Positions 40,646 to 49,629 of a stretch of 64,000 nucleotides of DNA are shown one piece after another. A program made the translations under genes and the position numbers. Numbering within the stretch: the stretch's first letter is position 1; every line of letters begins with the position of its first letter. The DNA comes from an uncultured Planctomycetaceae bacterium (GTDB taxonomy: Bacteria > Planctomycetota > Phycisphaerae > SM23-33), in assembly GCA_964642855.1 (NCBI GenBank), contig CAZXSK010000010.1, positions 3,711 to 67,710 of the forward strand. Reading direction: 5' to 3'. Below the pieces are notes generated by a model. It did no database searches. It saw only the letters and a list, made by a program, of their open reading frames with translations, and was not told where the DNA came from.

Positions 40646-41719
40646 ATGGCCCGGCAGAAGATCCTCTCCCAGCAGAGCACCGGCGCAGACGACGAGAAGC
40701 TCAACGTCGCGCTGCGCCCCGAAACGCTGGACCAATGCATTGGGGCCGAGGAACTTCTGGAGAAACTCCGTATCGCAATTCAGGCGGCGCGCCAGCGCGA
40801 GGAACCCATGGAGCACGTGCTCCTGCATGGCCCGCCGGGCCTGGGCAAGACGACTCTGGCCTACGTTATCGCCCACGAGATGGGCTCGACCATCAAGGTT
40901 ACCTCAGGCCCGGCGCTGACCAGACCCAGCGACCTGATCGGCATTCTGACGAATCTCGAAAGCAAAGACGTACTGTTCATCGACGAGATTCACCGTCTCT
41001 CCTCTGCTGTGGAGGAGTACGTCTATCCGGCGATGGAAGACTACAAGGTCGACTTCGTCGTTGACTCCGGCATGCACAGCCGGACGATCAACCTTCCACT
41101 CCAGCCGTTCACGCTGATCGGCGCAACCACCCGCGCAGGCCTGCTGAGCCCGCCTCTTCGGACGCGATTCGGCATCAACCATCACCTGGAGTTCTGGTCG
41201 TCCGAAGACCTGCTCGCCCGCTGTCGGATGAGCGCGGGCATGCTCAGAATTGACTCCGATCCGGCTGCTCTGGAAATGCTCGCCGGACGGGCTCGCGGCA
41301 CCCCTCGGATTGCCAATCGTCTGCTTCGACGCTGCAGGGACTATGCCCAGGTGAGAGGCAACGGCAGGTTGACCGTCGAAAGCGTCCAAGCCGCTCTGAA
41401 GCTTGAAGGCATCGACGAGATTGGCCTGGACGAACTCGATCGCAAGTTCCTGCGTACCATCGCCACCACGTACCACGGCGGGCCGGTGGGCATCGAAGCG
41501 GTCGCTGCAACGCTTGGCGAGGAAACCGACACCCTCGTAGACGTCGTCGAACCGTTCCTGCTGCAGCAGGGCATGCTCGCAAGAACCCGTCGAGGCCGGC
41601 AGCTTACCCGCCAGGCGTGGAAGCATCTCGACATGAAGCCCCCCGCGGACCTGCCGGGCCCGGCGAAGCCGCTGTTTGGCGAAACCCGTAGCGACGACGA
41701 AGAGGCCGTCGAGGACTGA
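40646..41719 (+). CDS. ruvB: Holliday junction branch migration helicase RuvB
   Basis: [42 protein letters not shown]. Confidence 0.97.
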   Translation: MARQKILSQQSTGADDEKLNVALRPETLDQCIGAEELLEKLRIAIQAARQREEPMEHVLLHGPPGLGKTTLAYVIAHEMGSTIKVTSGPALTRPSDLIGILTNLESKDVLFIDEIHRLSSAVEEYVYPAMEDYKVDFVVDSGMHSRTINLPLQPFTLIGATTRAGLLSPPLRTRFGINHHLEFWSSEDLLARCRMSAGMLRIDSDPAALEMLAGRARGTPRIANRLLRRCRDYAQVRGNGRLTVESVQAALKLEGIDEIGLDELDRKFLRTIATTYHGGPVGIEAVAATLGEETDTLVDVVEPFLLQQGMLARTRRGRQLTRQAWKHLDMKPPADLPGPAKPLFGETRSDDEEAVED

Positions 41720-41730
41720 AGGCATTGATC

Positions 41731-42045
41731 ATGTCAGGTCACCGCGTCACTCGAAGAGGCTTCCTGAATGCGACGGCAAAGGTGACTGTCGCCGCCCTGC
41801 TCGCACGCTGGCTGACCGGTTGCAGCGAGGAAGACCCTCCCCGCCAACTACCCAAGCCGCCCAATGACACCGTCCCGCCTGAACAGCGCAGGTACCGCTG
41901 CAGATCGTGCGGATACACTTATGATCCAGCCGAGGGCGACCCCCAACACGGTCAGCCGGCTGGCACTGCGTTCGCCGACCTGCCCCAGACCTGGACATGC
42001 CCCGATTGCGGGGCCAGGAAGAGCGAATTCTATCCTGTTACCTGA
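41731..42045 (+). CDS. Rubredoxin with Tat/lipoprotein signal
   Basis: TRRGFL, LTGC lipobox, [14 protein letters not shown]...GT.F.DLP..W.CPDCG..K..F. Confidence 0.88.
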   Translation: MSGHRVTRRGFLNATAKVTVAALLARWLTGCSEEDPPRQLPKPPNDTVPPEQRRYRCRSCGYTYDPAEGDPQHGQPAGTAFADLPQTWTCPDCGARKSEFYPVT

Positions 42046-42054
42046 AAAGTTCCG

Positions 42055-42249
42055 CTACAGATTCCATGCCTTGGCAAACGCCGCGAAGCTGCGATCGTAG
42101 GACTTCTCTGCTTCGGGAGGAAAGCAGCATCCTGGCAATTGCCTGCTCTTGAGGTGGTATTGCAGGCAATCGCAGCAAACGCCCTGGCGCCCGCATGAGG
42201 TATACGTGCATCCGCAGAACTCCAGATTCTGCTGTTTCTTGCACTCCAT
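42055..42249 (-). CDS. Small Cys-rich protein (DUF6485-like)
   Basis: C.C.Y.SC.R.G.CC.C..YH....QLPGC.F...AE..YDRS; 9 Cys in 64 aa. Confidence 0.8.
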   Translation of the reverse strand: MECKKQQNLEFCGCTYTSCGRQGVCCDCLQYHLKSRQLPGCCFPPEAEKSYDRSFAAFAKAWNL

Positions 42250-42278
42250 ATGACATCTCCTCGAGGTCTTGGGCCCAC

Positions 42279-42782
42279 TCAGGCAAGCCTGGCCAGCATG
42301 GCCAGCTGCTCGCGGTGCATCAGCCAGCGCAACTGGGTCTTGAGACCGATCTTCTTGGTTCGGAGCCTGACACACCCCGCCCCCGCTTTGCTTAGAGAGG
42401 TGCCGATATCGTCCGCCGCGGCGGTAAGATAGGCCAGGCAATGGTCCAGGGACGGCGCATGGCCGACGACAGCGACCACGTCGAGCTTCTCGTCCATCAG
42501 CCGCAGCACGTGATCGGCGAGGGCTTCTGGGTTCCCCGGCGGGCTGAGCGCTTCTTCCTCTTTCGGTCCGTTCAACCCGCAGGTCTCGGCGACGATCTCA
42601 GCCGTCTGTCTTGCGCGCGTCAACGGGCTGGTGAGCACCGTCTGGGGAACGCAATCGATCACCTTCAGGGCACGGGCGGTGTTGCGGGATTCTTCCCTTC
42701 CCGCATCGGTGAGCTCCCGCGCAGCATCGCCGTTTTCCCGAGCAGGCTCTGCGGTTGCGTGTCGGATGAACAGCACATCCAT
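42279..42782 (-). CDS. sixA: Phosphohistidine phosphatase SixA
   Basis: RHA.A, R.LT..G, SPL.RA.QTA, VGH.P. Confidence 0.88.
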   Translation of the reverse strand: MDVLFIRHATAEPARENGDAARELTDAGREESRNTARALKVIDCVPQTVLTSPLTRARQTAEIVAETCGLNGPKEEEALSPPGNPEALADHVLRLMDEKLDVVAVVGHAPSLDHCLAYLTAAADDIGTSLSKAGAGCVRLRTKKIGLKTQLRWLMHREQLAMLARLA

Positions 42783-42910
42783 GATGTCGCTCCTTTTTCT
42801 GTCTTACCCCGTCGGGGGGATTCTATCGCTCCCGCTGCTGCGCGTCCAGCCGAGGGGGGCTCTTGGGTGGGAGTTCCGCCTGGCACGGAAGATTTTCCGA
42901 ACTTTCCCTA

Positions 42911-42941
42911 TTTACATGCAAAGTACTTTGTTGTACAAAGT
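42911..42941 (+). promoter_or_regulatory. Promoter overlapped by an inverted-repeat operator
   Basis: TTTACA-N17-TACAAA overlapping CAAAGT-ACTTTG-N5-CAAAGT. Confidence 0.6.
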
Positions 42942-42959
42942 GAATGTCGGAATTTACCG

Positions 42960-43409
42960 ATGACATCATGGACTGCCGAGATAGACCCCGACGATCAGGC
43001 CGGAATCTCAAGCCCCCAACAAGAGAATCAACCCATGTATGAGCTGATTGAGAGAAACCCGGGACTGGACCAACTGGCAGAACGAGTAGGCCTGCTTCTA
43101 CGGGAAGTCTGGACGGCCGGAACCATCGTGGGGATCTCAGGGGCGCTGCTGATCAGCGGCTTGATCACACTGCGGATACGCCTGGGGACTAGCGAGGGCC
43201 TCCACAAGGTTCACCCACACCTGCTGTGGCTGGCCGTTCGCCTCCTTGCGGGATGGTCCGCGTCAGCACTTGCCCTGTCCCCAAGACCCTTGAAGCTCAT
43301 CGTAGCAGGGATTGCAGCTGTACTGGTTCCTAAGACGGTCATCGCCGTCGCCGACCACTCCGGCGTGTTGGCGGTCCGCCAGGTCCTGCTGGAGCGAGGA
43401 AAGAGCTAG
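42960..43409 (+). CDS. Hypothetical membrane protein
   Basis: ORF with 2-3 hydrophobic segments directly after the promoter; start uncertain (42960 or 43035). Confidence 0.5.
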   Translation: MTSWTAEIDPDDQAGISSPQQENQPMYELIERNPGLDQLAERVGLLLREVWTAGTIVGISGALLISGLITLRIRLGTSEGLHKVHPHLLWLAVRLLAGWSASALALSPRPLKLIVAGIAAVLVPKTVIAVADHSGVLAVRQVLLERGKS

Positions 43410-43444
43410 ACAGACCGAATCACTGGAAGACAAGCGAGAGACGC

Positions 43445-44080
43445 ATGAATCCACAGAAAGCTGCGGAAGAAATCAAAACGATCCGGGCATTGATGGAGCG
43501 CCCGGTCCGCTACTCCACCCAGAGCGGCGTGGCAGGTATCGTTGCGGGGCTTATTGCCCTGTGTGGCCTGGCGGGCGACTGGCTTCTGTACACATCCATC
43601 CTCGACCTTGAAACTCGCCTGCTCGCAACCATGGGTATGTGGGCGTGGGTCTTCGTCGCCGCGCTGGTGGCCGTGCTCGCGCTGACGCGGATCCGCGAAA
43701 GGCGACAAGGGATGCCCATCTGGTCGTCGGTCAAGAAGCGGATCCTCCTGACCATCCTTCCGCCATTCGTCGCAGGGGCGGGGCTGACCCTGGCTATCGT
43801 CTACCACTGGTACGTTCAGGACACCCCCAACAGCTGGCACCTGATCCCGCCTGTCTGGATGCTCTTCTACGGCGTGGCATGCTGGCAGGTAGGCGAGTTC
43901 TCGACCGTAGAAATCCGTGTAATGGGAGCGGCGTTCATCGCTGCAGGACTGGTCACCGCGCTGCTGTTCCCCGTGGGGTTCCTCTGTGGCGTCTGGATGC
44001 CGTACATCACGCTGGGTGCTACGTTCGGGGGATTCCACCTGGTCTATGGCGTGGCCGTCCTGATCCGCCATGGCGGCTGA
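43445..44080 (+). CDS. Hypothetical multi-pass membrane protein
   Basis: I..IRALMER..YST.SG..GI.AG N-terminus, about 6 TM helices, FGGFHLVYG C-terminus. Confidence 0.8.
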   Translation: MNPQKAAEEIKTIRALMERPVRYSTQSGVAGIVAGLIALCGLAGDWLLYTSILDLETRLLATMGMWAWVFVAALVAVLALTRIRERRQGMPIWSSVKKRILLTILPPFVAGAGLTLAIVYHWYVQDTPNSWHLIPPVWMLFYGVACWQVGEFSTVEIRVMGAAFIAAGLVTALLFPVGFLCGVWMPYITLGATFGGFHLVYGVAVLIRHGG

Positions 44081-44097
44081 AGCAGGGAGACACACCC

Positions 44098-44403
44098 CTG
44101 GCCGAGAGACCACACAACCAGATCGACAGCACCATACACCAGCGAACGCGCCTGGCGATCATGGCCACGCTGGCGGGTGTCGACGGGATGGAGTTCAACG
44201 AGCTCAAGGCCCAACTGGGGCTGACCGACGGGAATCTCTCGACCCACCTCAGTTCGCTGGAAAAGGCTGGATACGTGCATATCGAGAAGGGTTTCCGTGG
44301 CAAGAAGCCTGTGACCACGGTCCGGCAGACGCCGACAGGACGGCGCGCCATGGAAAGTTATGTTCGCCTCCTGCAGGGCATTTTGGACCAGGCCAAGGGC
44401 TGA
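44098..44403 (+). CDS. Winged-helix transcriptional regulator (HTH_34/MarR-ArsR-like)
   Basis: IDSTIHQRTRLAIM..L..F.ELK..LGLTDGNLS.HL..LE.AGYV..K.F..KP.T..T..G; probable CTG start after AGGGAG. Confidence 0.88.
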   Translation: MAERPHNQIDSTIHQRTRLAIMATLAGVDGMEFNELKAQLGLTDGNLSTHLSSLEKAGYVHIEKGFRGKKPVTTVRQTPTGRRAMESYVRLLQGILDQAKG

Positions 44404-44455
44404 ACGGAAGACAGACGAGTCGACAACACCATATACGAGAGGACAGGAGACTGAC

Positions 44456-45817
44456 ATGAGTGTACTTCGATTTTTCGCGATCATCCTGATCTTTGGCTGC
44501 GTGTCGGTAGCTTGGATGATCCTGGCCGGAACGGTCTTTGTTCGCACCGATCAGCAGGACGAGCAACTCGCCCAGGAAGTCCGAAGCCTCTGGGGGCCGA
44601 AGACACTTGCCCAAGCCCATCCCTATTGGGGAACGGGTCCGGAAACTGACTGGTCGTCCGACAGTGTGATCGTGCCCGAGGCAAGCAATATCAACGTCAA
44701 GCTAACGCACGAGAACCGCCGCAAGGGCCTGCTCTGGTACAGCATGTTCACGGCCGACTTCCGCGGAGAGTACACCATCCCCGCCGCAGAAGACGGAGGA
44801 GATCGTGGCTTCTTCCACTTCGACCTCCCCAACGGCGCCACCCCAATCGACCTGGAGGTACATGTCGACGGTAACGCCATTGATCTGCCTTACAAGCAGC
44901 GCGTCAGCGGGAAGATCGCCGTACCACTCGCTCGAAGCCAAGCGCGGACCGTCACTGTCGCCTTCCGTGCCCGAGGACAGCTGCACTGGCTGTATTTCCC
45001 CGCCGGCGTGGAATACCATCGGGGAAGCGGCCGCGTGTGGGACCGCGATGAAACCGACAGCGACCTCGTGCTCAACCAGAGCGACGCCGGAGTGGGAGAG
45101 TTGCGCAATTTCTCGCTGACGGTCACTACCGACTTCAAGGCCATCGACTATCCCACAGGAGCCCAAAGCCCCAATAGCGAGGCGAGTCCGACGAATGGAG
45201 GTCTGGCTGCAACGTGGGAATACGACAGCCTCATCACCGGTCAACCGATCGGCGTGACCATGCCCGCCAAGCCCAACGCCGGACCGATCATTGGCAAGAT
45301 GACGCTGCTTGCCCCCGTCAGCCTGCTGTTCTTCCTGACGGTGCTCTTCACCGTCGTTGTCCTGAAGAAAATACCGCTGCATCCCATGCACTACCTGTTC
45401 GTTTCCGCCGGATTCTTCGCCTTCCACATTCTGCTGGCCTACCTGACTGATCACATCGACCTCTACGCAGCCTTCTGGATCTGTGCCGCGGTCAGCGGAC
45501 TGCTTGTGGTCTCCTACATGAGGCTGGTGGCCGGGATCACATTCGCCGCGGTCTACGTGGGCGTGGCTCAACTGGTGTACCTGGTGGGCTTTTCGTATGC
45601 GTTCTTCTGGAAGGGTATGACGGGCCTTGCGATCACTATCGGCGCGGTTCTGACGCTGCTGGTACTCATGCAGGCCACGGGACGGGTCAACTGGTTCGAA
45701 GTGTTCGGCTCCCGAAAACCTGGCGAACAGGATGGGCACACCCCGCCGGTTCCCGGAAGCGGGCAATCGGATCCGGTTCTGACTGAAGAGTCCACGTCTT
45801 CCGCCCCGGAGCAATAG
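44456..45817 (+). CDS. CreD-like inner membrane protein
   Basis: N-terminal TM, large periplasmic beta domain, LHPMHYLFVS..F.AFHILL.YL then further TM helices; AGGAG RBS. Confidence 0.75.
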   Translation: MSVLRFFAIILIFGCVSVAWMILAGTVFVRTDQQDEQLAQEVRSLWGPKTLAQAHPYWGTGPETDWSSDSVIVPEASNINVKLTHENRRKGLLWYSMFTADFRGEYTIPAAEDGGDRGFFHFDLPNGATPIDLEVHVDGNAIDLPYKQRVSGKIAVPLARSQARTVTVAFRARGQLHWLYFPAGVEYHRGSGRVWDRDETDSDLVLNQSDAGVGELRNFSLTVTTDFKAIDYPTGAQSPNSEASPTNGGLAATWEYDSLITGQPIGVTMPAKPNAGPIIGKMTLLAPVSLLFFLTVLFTVVVLKKIPLHPMHYLFVSAGFFAFHILLAYLTDHIDLYAAFWICAAVSGLLVVSYMRLVAGITFAAVYVGVAQLVYLVGFSYAFFWKGMTGLAITIGAVLTLLVLMQATGRVNWFEVFGSRKPGEQDGHTPPVPGSGQSDPVLTEESTSSAPEQ

Positions 45818-45942
45818 ACAGTCGGAACCGAAGACGTTGCTTCGGGTACGTCAGGTCATCACCACCGGCGTGTCTGCAGGCCTTTGCGTTGCGGGCACGC
45901 CGGCTTCTCTGCGCGCTTGGCTCGGATGGAGAAGAATCGGCG

Positions 45943-46626
45943 TCAGGCCTTCCCCCTGCCCGCAACAGCCGCCACAACCCACCACCCGGCTGCCACGCCA
46001 GGCCAAGCCAGCCAGGCCCAGATGGGTTTCGGCAGCAGGTGACCTTGCCTGGCACCGGCAGCCGCCCAGACGAAAAAGGACGGGGACAATCGCCACAGCG
46101 TCGACGAGCCCGCGCCGGACAGGAAGTCTGCTGACACATACCAGCACACAGGCAGCCCGGCGAAAACGACAAGGATGACCAGAAGCGAAGAAGCCCTTGC
46201 AGCCGGAGTCGAGGGCAACAGGCCCGCTGCCAGTGAGAGTGGTACCACCGCCAGCACGGCAAGCCCCGCACGAAATGCGTCTGTCGCCACTGCATCGCCC
46301 AGGTAGGTAGCCGTTGCATAGAACGGACAGGCTGTCACCGCAAAGCCAACCAGCTCGACCAGTGACAGCACGTTGAGTCCACAGCTGGTTCGACGTCGCG
46401 CATAGAGCATCGCCGGATAGAGCGTAAGCAGGAATGCTGCCTGGGCAATGGCGAGGGTATGTAACGCGGGAAGCGCTGCGGAGCGAGCAGAACTCCGAGC
46501 CTCATAGACCGCGTCGGGGAACAGTCCAGCAGCCATCCCAACCAGGCAAGCCGCCATCCACGCGACACCCGCGGGCCTCCAGAGGGCTTCCAGCAAGCAC
46601 CGTTGATTGCAGGGGTCTCGCGACAC
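45943..46626 (-). CDS. Hypothetical multi-pass membrane protein at the end of the dcw cluster
   Basis: About 6 hydrophobic segments; starts 4 nt after the ftsQ-like stop. Confidence 0.6.
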   Translation of the reverse strand: MSRDPCNQRCLLEALWRPAGVAWMAACLVGMAAGLFPDAVYEARSSARSAALPALHTLAIAQAAFLLTLYPAMLYARRRTSCGLNVLSLVELVGFAVTACPFYATATYLGDAVATDAFRAGLAVLAVVPLSLAAGLLPSTPAARASSLLVILVVFAGLPVCWYVSADFLSGAGSSTLWRLSPSFFVWAAAGARQGHLLPKPIWAWLAWPGVAAGWWVVAAVAGRGKA

Positions 46627-46630
46627 GAAA

Positions 46631-47695
46631 TCAGTAGGGGTCGTACGTCAAGTTGTCGCCACGCAGATTGATCGTACGGGCCTCCCCGGCAAGCTGCCCG
46701 CCATGACGCCGGACGAACTCGTCGAGATTGTCCATCTTCCGATCCGGATGCACAACCCAGTCACCGCCGGCATCGGGGAATCGGCCGAACTCAATTACCG
46801 TAGGCCGGGACTTGCCCTCTTGGGCGCAGAACTTCAGCTGTGGCTCGCGACGGGTACGCGGCGTTACCCTCCAGCCGTAGTTGCTGACATCAATCCACGT
46901 GACCTCCCTCCAGTATCGCCGGGAGTGCAGGAGTCTTGCCAACCGAATGCCGGCCTGGAGGTCTTCCCCCGGCCAGCGCTCGCCCGGATCAGGCGGCGCA
47001 CTGAGGACGCCGTCGATCAGGATGTAATGAATGCTACCGACCTGCACGCCGCAGTCTGGAACCTGGTTGCCATTGGCAAGGCAATACTTCTCGTCCTTGG
47101 TCCCACCCAAGGGGGCAACAACCAGCCGGGGGACTTCGTAGTACTGCACCGCGCCGGTAGGCGTTGCGTAGGCCCTCCCGTCGCGTAGAAGCACGCCGTC
47201 CTCGTCTACGAAGTAGATTTGGCGTTCAAAACGTACGGCTACCACCGGCCGGCGGAAGGTTGCCTGCACCTCCACCAACCCGAGATTGGGATCGCTTGTT
47301 TCCTGTTTCCGCACCAAATGGACCTGGCGGATCCAAGGGTGCCTCTCGGCCAGGGCGTGCACCCGGCGAACGAGATTGCGCGAGTAAAAAGTCATCCCCT
47401 CCGGTGCGAGTTCCCGGCAAATGCGCGCATTGACCGAAGGCGGAAGCCACATCGGCGTGTCGGCAAGTGTCACGCGAAACGCAGGCGGCGTCCGGCCGAA
47501 TTCTCCGGTCCGTACGCGGTGTTCCAACACCTTCATGCCCCATGCAGCCGACGCCCCGCAGACGATTACCAGCAGTGCCCAGATCGTACCCTTGACCAAG
47601 CGTCTGCGCCTGCCCGACGTGTCTGCATCCCACACGTCATGAAGAGATTTCTTCCTGCGCTTGCTCTCGGCTGGCTTCTTCTGCTTCCTTGCCAT
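46631..47695 (-). CDS. ftsQ: FtsQ/DivIB-like cell division protein
   Basis: Basic N-tail, single TM, POTRA-like segment (HPWIRQV..V), R.PVVAV..YFVDEDGVLL, terminal I.LR; position after ddl. Confidence 0.75.
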   Translation of the reverse strand: MARKQKKPAESKRRKKSLHDVWDADTSGRRRRLVKGTIWALLVIVCGASAAWGMKVLEHRVRTGEFGRTPPAFRVTLADTPMWLPPSVNARICRELAPEGMTFYSRNLVRRVHALAERHPWIRQVHLVRKQETSDPNLGLVEVQATFRRPVVAVRFERQIYFVDEDGVLLRDGRAYATPTGAVQYYEVPRLVVAPLGGTKDEKYCLANGNQVPDCGVQVGSIHYILIDGVLSAPPDPGERWPGEDLQAGIRLARLLHSRRYWREVTWIDVSNYGWRVTPRTRREPQLKFCAQEGKSRPTVIEFGRFPDAGGDWVVHPDRKMDNLDEFVRRHGGQLAGEARTINLRGDNLTYDPY

Positions 47696-47706
47696 GGCAT
47701 CCTGCG

Positions 47707-48687
47707 TCAGTTTGGTGTTTTCTGAACCCGATCGCTCCGGCGATCCATCGCCATCATGACCAATCGATCTACCAGTTCTGGGAAGGAACAACCCGCCTTC
47801 GCAGCGGCCTTGGGCACCAGAGAATGACCGGTAAAGCCCGGGATCGTGTTGATCTCCAGCACGTGCGGTGTTCCGTCGGCGGCTAGAATAAAATCGACCC
47901 GAGAGAGGTCACGGCAGTTCAGCACGCGGTGAGCTTCGAGAGCGTCGTGCTGGAGGCGACCGACGACCTGTGCGTCCAAGCCGTGATCGAAGACATACTC
48001 GGTGCCTGCTCCGTCTTCGTATTTGGCGGGGTAATCGTAGAAAGGTCGCTGGCAACAAACCTCAAGTGCAGGCAGAGGCTGGTCGCCCAGAATGCCGATG
48101 GTCATCTCTCGACCGGGTACGAATCGCTCCAGCATCGCCCTGCCGTAGAGGTCGAACAGTTCCTCGATGGCTTCGCGTCGCTGTCGATCGTCGCGGGCAA
48201 TGGTCACATGCACGCTCGACCCGCCGTCGACTGGCTTGACGACCACGGGAGGGGGTATCTCGTCCAGCCATCGATTGACCGTGCTCGGGTCGTGATACTC
48301 CTCGACGATCATCCAGTCGGGGGTGGTCAGACCGACCACGCGGAACAATTGCTTCGCAGCGGCCTTGTCCATAGCCATCTTGCTGGCCCGAGGCCCGGAC
48401 CCCACGTACGGAAGCGACCGCTGCTCGCAAAGCTCCTGGACTTCCCCGGACTCGCCGAAAACACCGTGCAGAGCAATGAACACAACATCGATGCCCGCGC
48501 GATCCAGCGCGGAAGTGTCGTTAGGAGCAATATCGGCACGCGTGACCTGGTGTCCTGCCTGCTCGAGCGCGCATGCGACGGCCTGGCCGCTCATCAATGA
48601 GACTTGCCGCTCCGACGAAGGCCCTCCCATCAGGACCGTGACGTCCAGGGGGCGGACCGTTTTGAAAAGGGCTTCACTGCCTTCCAT
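47707..48687 (-). CDS. ddl: D-alanine--D-alanine ligase
   Basis: GGPSSER.VSL.SG, ALHG.FGE.G, MDK..K, VVKP..GGSS, EINT.PG.T..S. Confidence 0.96.
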   Translation of the reverse strand: MEGSEALFKTVRPLDVTVLMGGPSSERQVSLMSGQAVACALEQAGHQVTRADIAPNDTSALDRAGIDVVFIALHGVFGESGEVQELCEQRSLPYVGSGPRASKMAMDKAAAKQLFRVVGLTTPDWMIVEEYHDPSTVNRWLDEIPPPVVVKPVDGGSSVHVTIARDDRQRREAIEELFDLYGRAMLERFVPGREMTIGILGDQPLPALEVCCQRPFYDYPAKYEDGAGTEYVFDHGLDAQVVGRLQHDALEAHRVLNCRDLSRVDFILAADGTPHVLEINTIPGFTGHSLVPKAAAKAGCSFPELVDRLVMMAMDRRSDRVQKTPN

Positions 48688-48706
48688 GGCAACTTCCTTG
48701 CGACAC

Positions 48707-49585
48707 CTACCACACTTCCAACTCGAGTTCCAGGTAGACGCCGGCACTGTCGTACACCTGATCTCGAATCGTGTTGACCAGTTTCAGTACGTCCGACGCC
48801 GTCGCGCCCGGATCGGCCAGAATGAAGTTCGCATGCTTCTCCGAGACATACGCGCCCCCGACCCGTCTTCCTTTCAGACCTGCCCGATCGATCAGGGCAC
48901 CCGCCGACAGGCCACGCGGGTTCTTGAACACACAACCAGCGTTCCTGCTGCCCAGAGGCTGGGTGTTCTTCTTGTAGATCCAGATCTGCTTGACCTGCCG
49001 AAGGATCCGTTGAGGGTCGTCCTCGGCGAGATTGAACTCCGCCGACAGAACGTACTTGGACGTAATGTTCGTCGATCGATAGGCGAAGGCCAGATCGTCG
49101 GAGTAACGGGTGAATACCTCACCCTCTTCGGTCATGACCTGGACGCTGGCGATCGCGTTGCCGATATCACCAAATGCACCGCCCGCGTTCATTCGCACGC
49201 ACCCGCCAATGCTGCCCGGGATACCCGTCAGCCCCTCAAGCCCGGAAAGCCCTTCCCGTACGCACCGAAGGACCAGTCGACCCATGTCGGCCCCGGCCAT
49301 GGCGTGCACCCCGCCGTCGACGAGAGTGACGTTCTTGAACGCCCCTTCGGTCAGGTGCATCACCGCACCCTTCACTCCGGCGTCGTCAATCAACAGGTTC
49401 GCACCCGAACCCAGCACGCGGGTAGGGATCTCGTTTTCGTGGCAGAGAATCGTCAGTTCGCGAAGCTCATCAATCGTCCGCGGTTCCATGAAATACTGGG
49501 CGTTGCCACCGATACCCAGCCAGGTATACGGCGCAAGAGGAACATCCTGCCTCGCGATTTCCTTGTATTCGTCGAACAGTCCCAT
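48707..49585 (-). CDS. murB: UDP-N-acetylenolpyruvoylglucosamine reductase
   Basis: LG.GANLLI.D.G, GLEGL.GIPGSIGG..MNAG, NAGCVFKNP, KHANFI, LE.E. Confidence 0.96.
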   Translation of the reverse strand: MGLFDEYKEIARQDVPLAPYTWLGIGGNAQYFMEPRTIDELRELTILCHENEIPTRVLGSGANLLIDDAGVKGAVMHLTEGAFKNVTLVDGGVHAMAGADMGRLVLRCVREGLSGLEGLTGIPGSIGGCVRMNAGGAFGDIGNAIASVQVMTEEGEVFTRYSDDLAFAYRSTNITSKYVLSAEFNLAEDDPQRILRQVKQIWIYKKNTQPLGSRNAGCVFKNPRGLSAGALIDRAGLKGRRVGGAYVSEKHANFILADPGATASDVLKLVNTIRDQVYDSAGVYLELELEVW

Positions 49586-49629
49586 CGGCGTATCTGCAGC
49601 ACTTCCTTGTCTTGTGACGTGCTTTGGCC

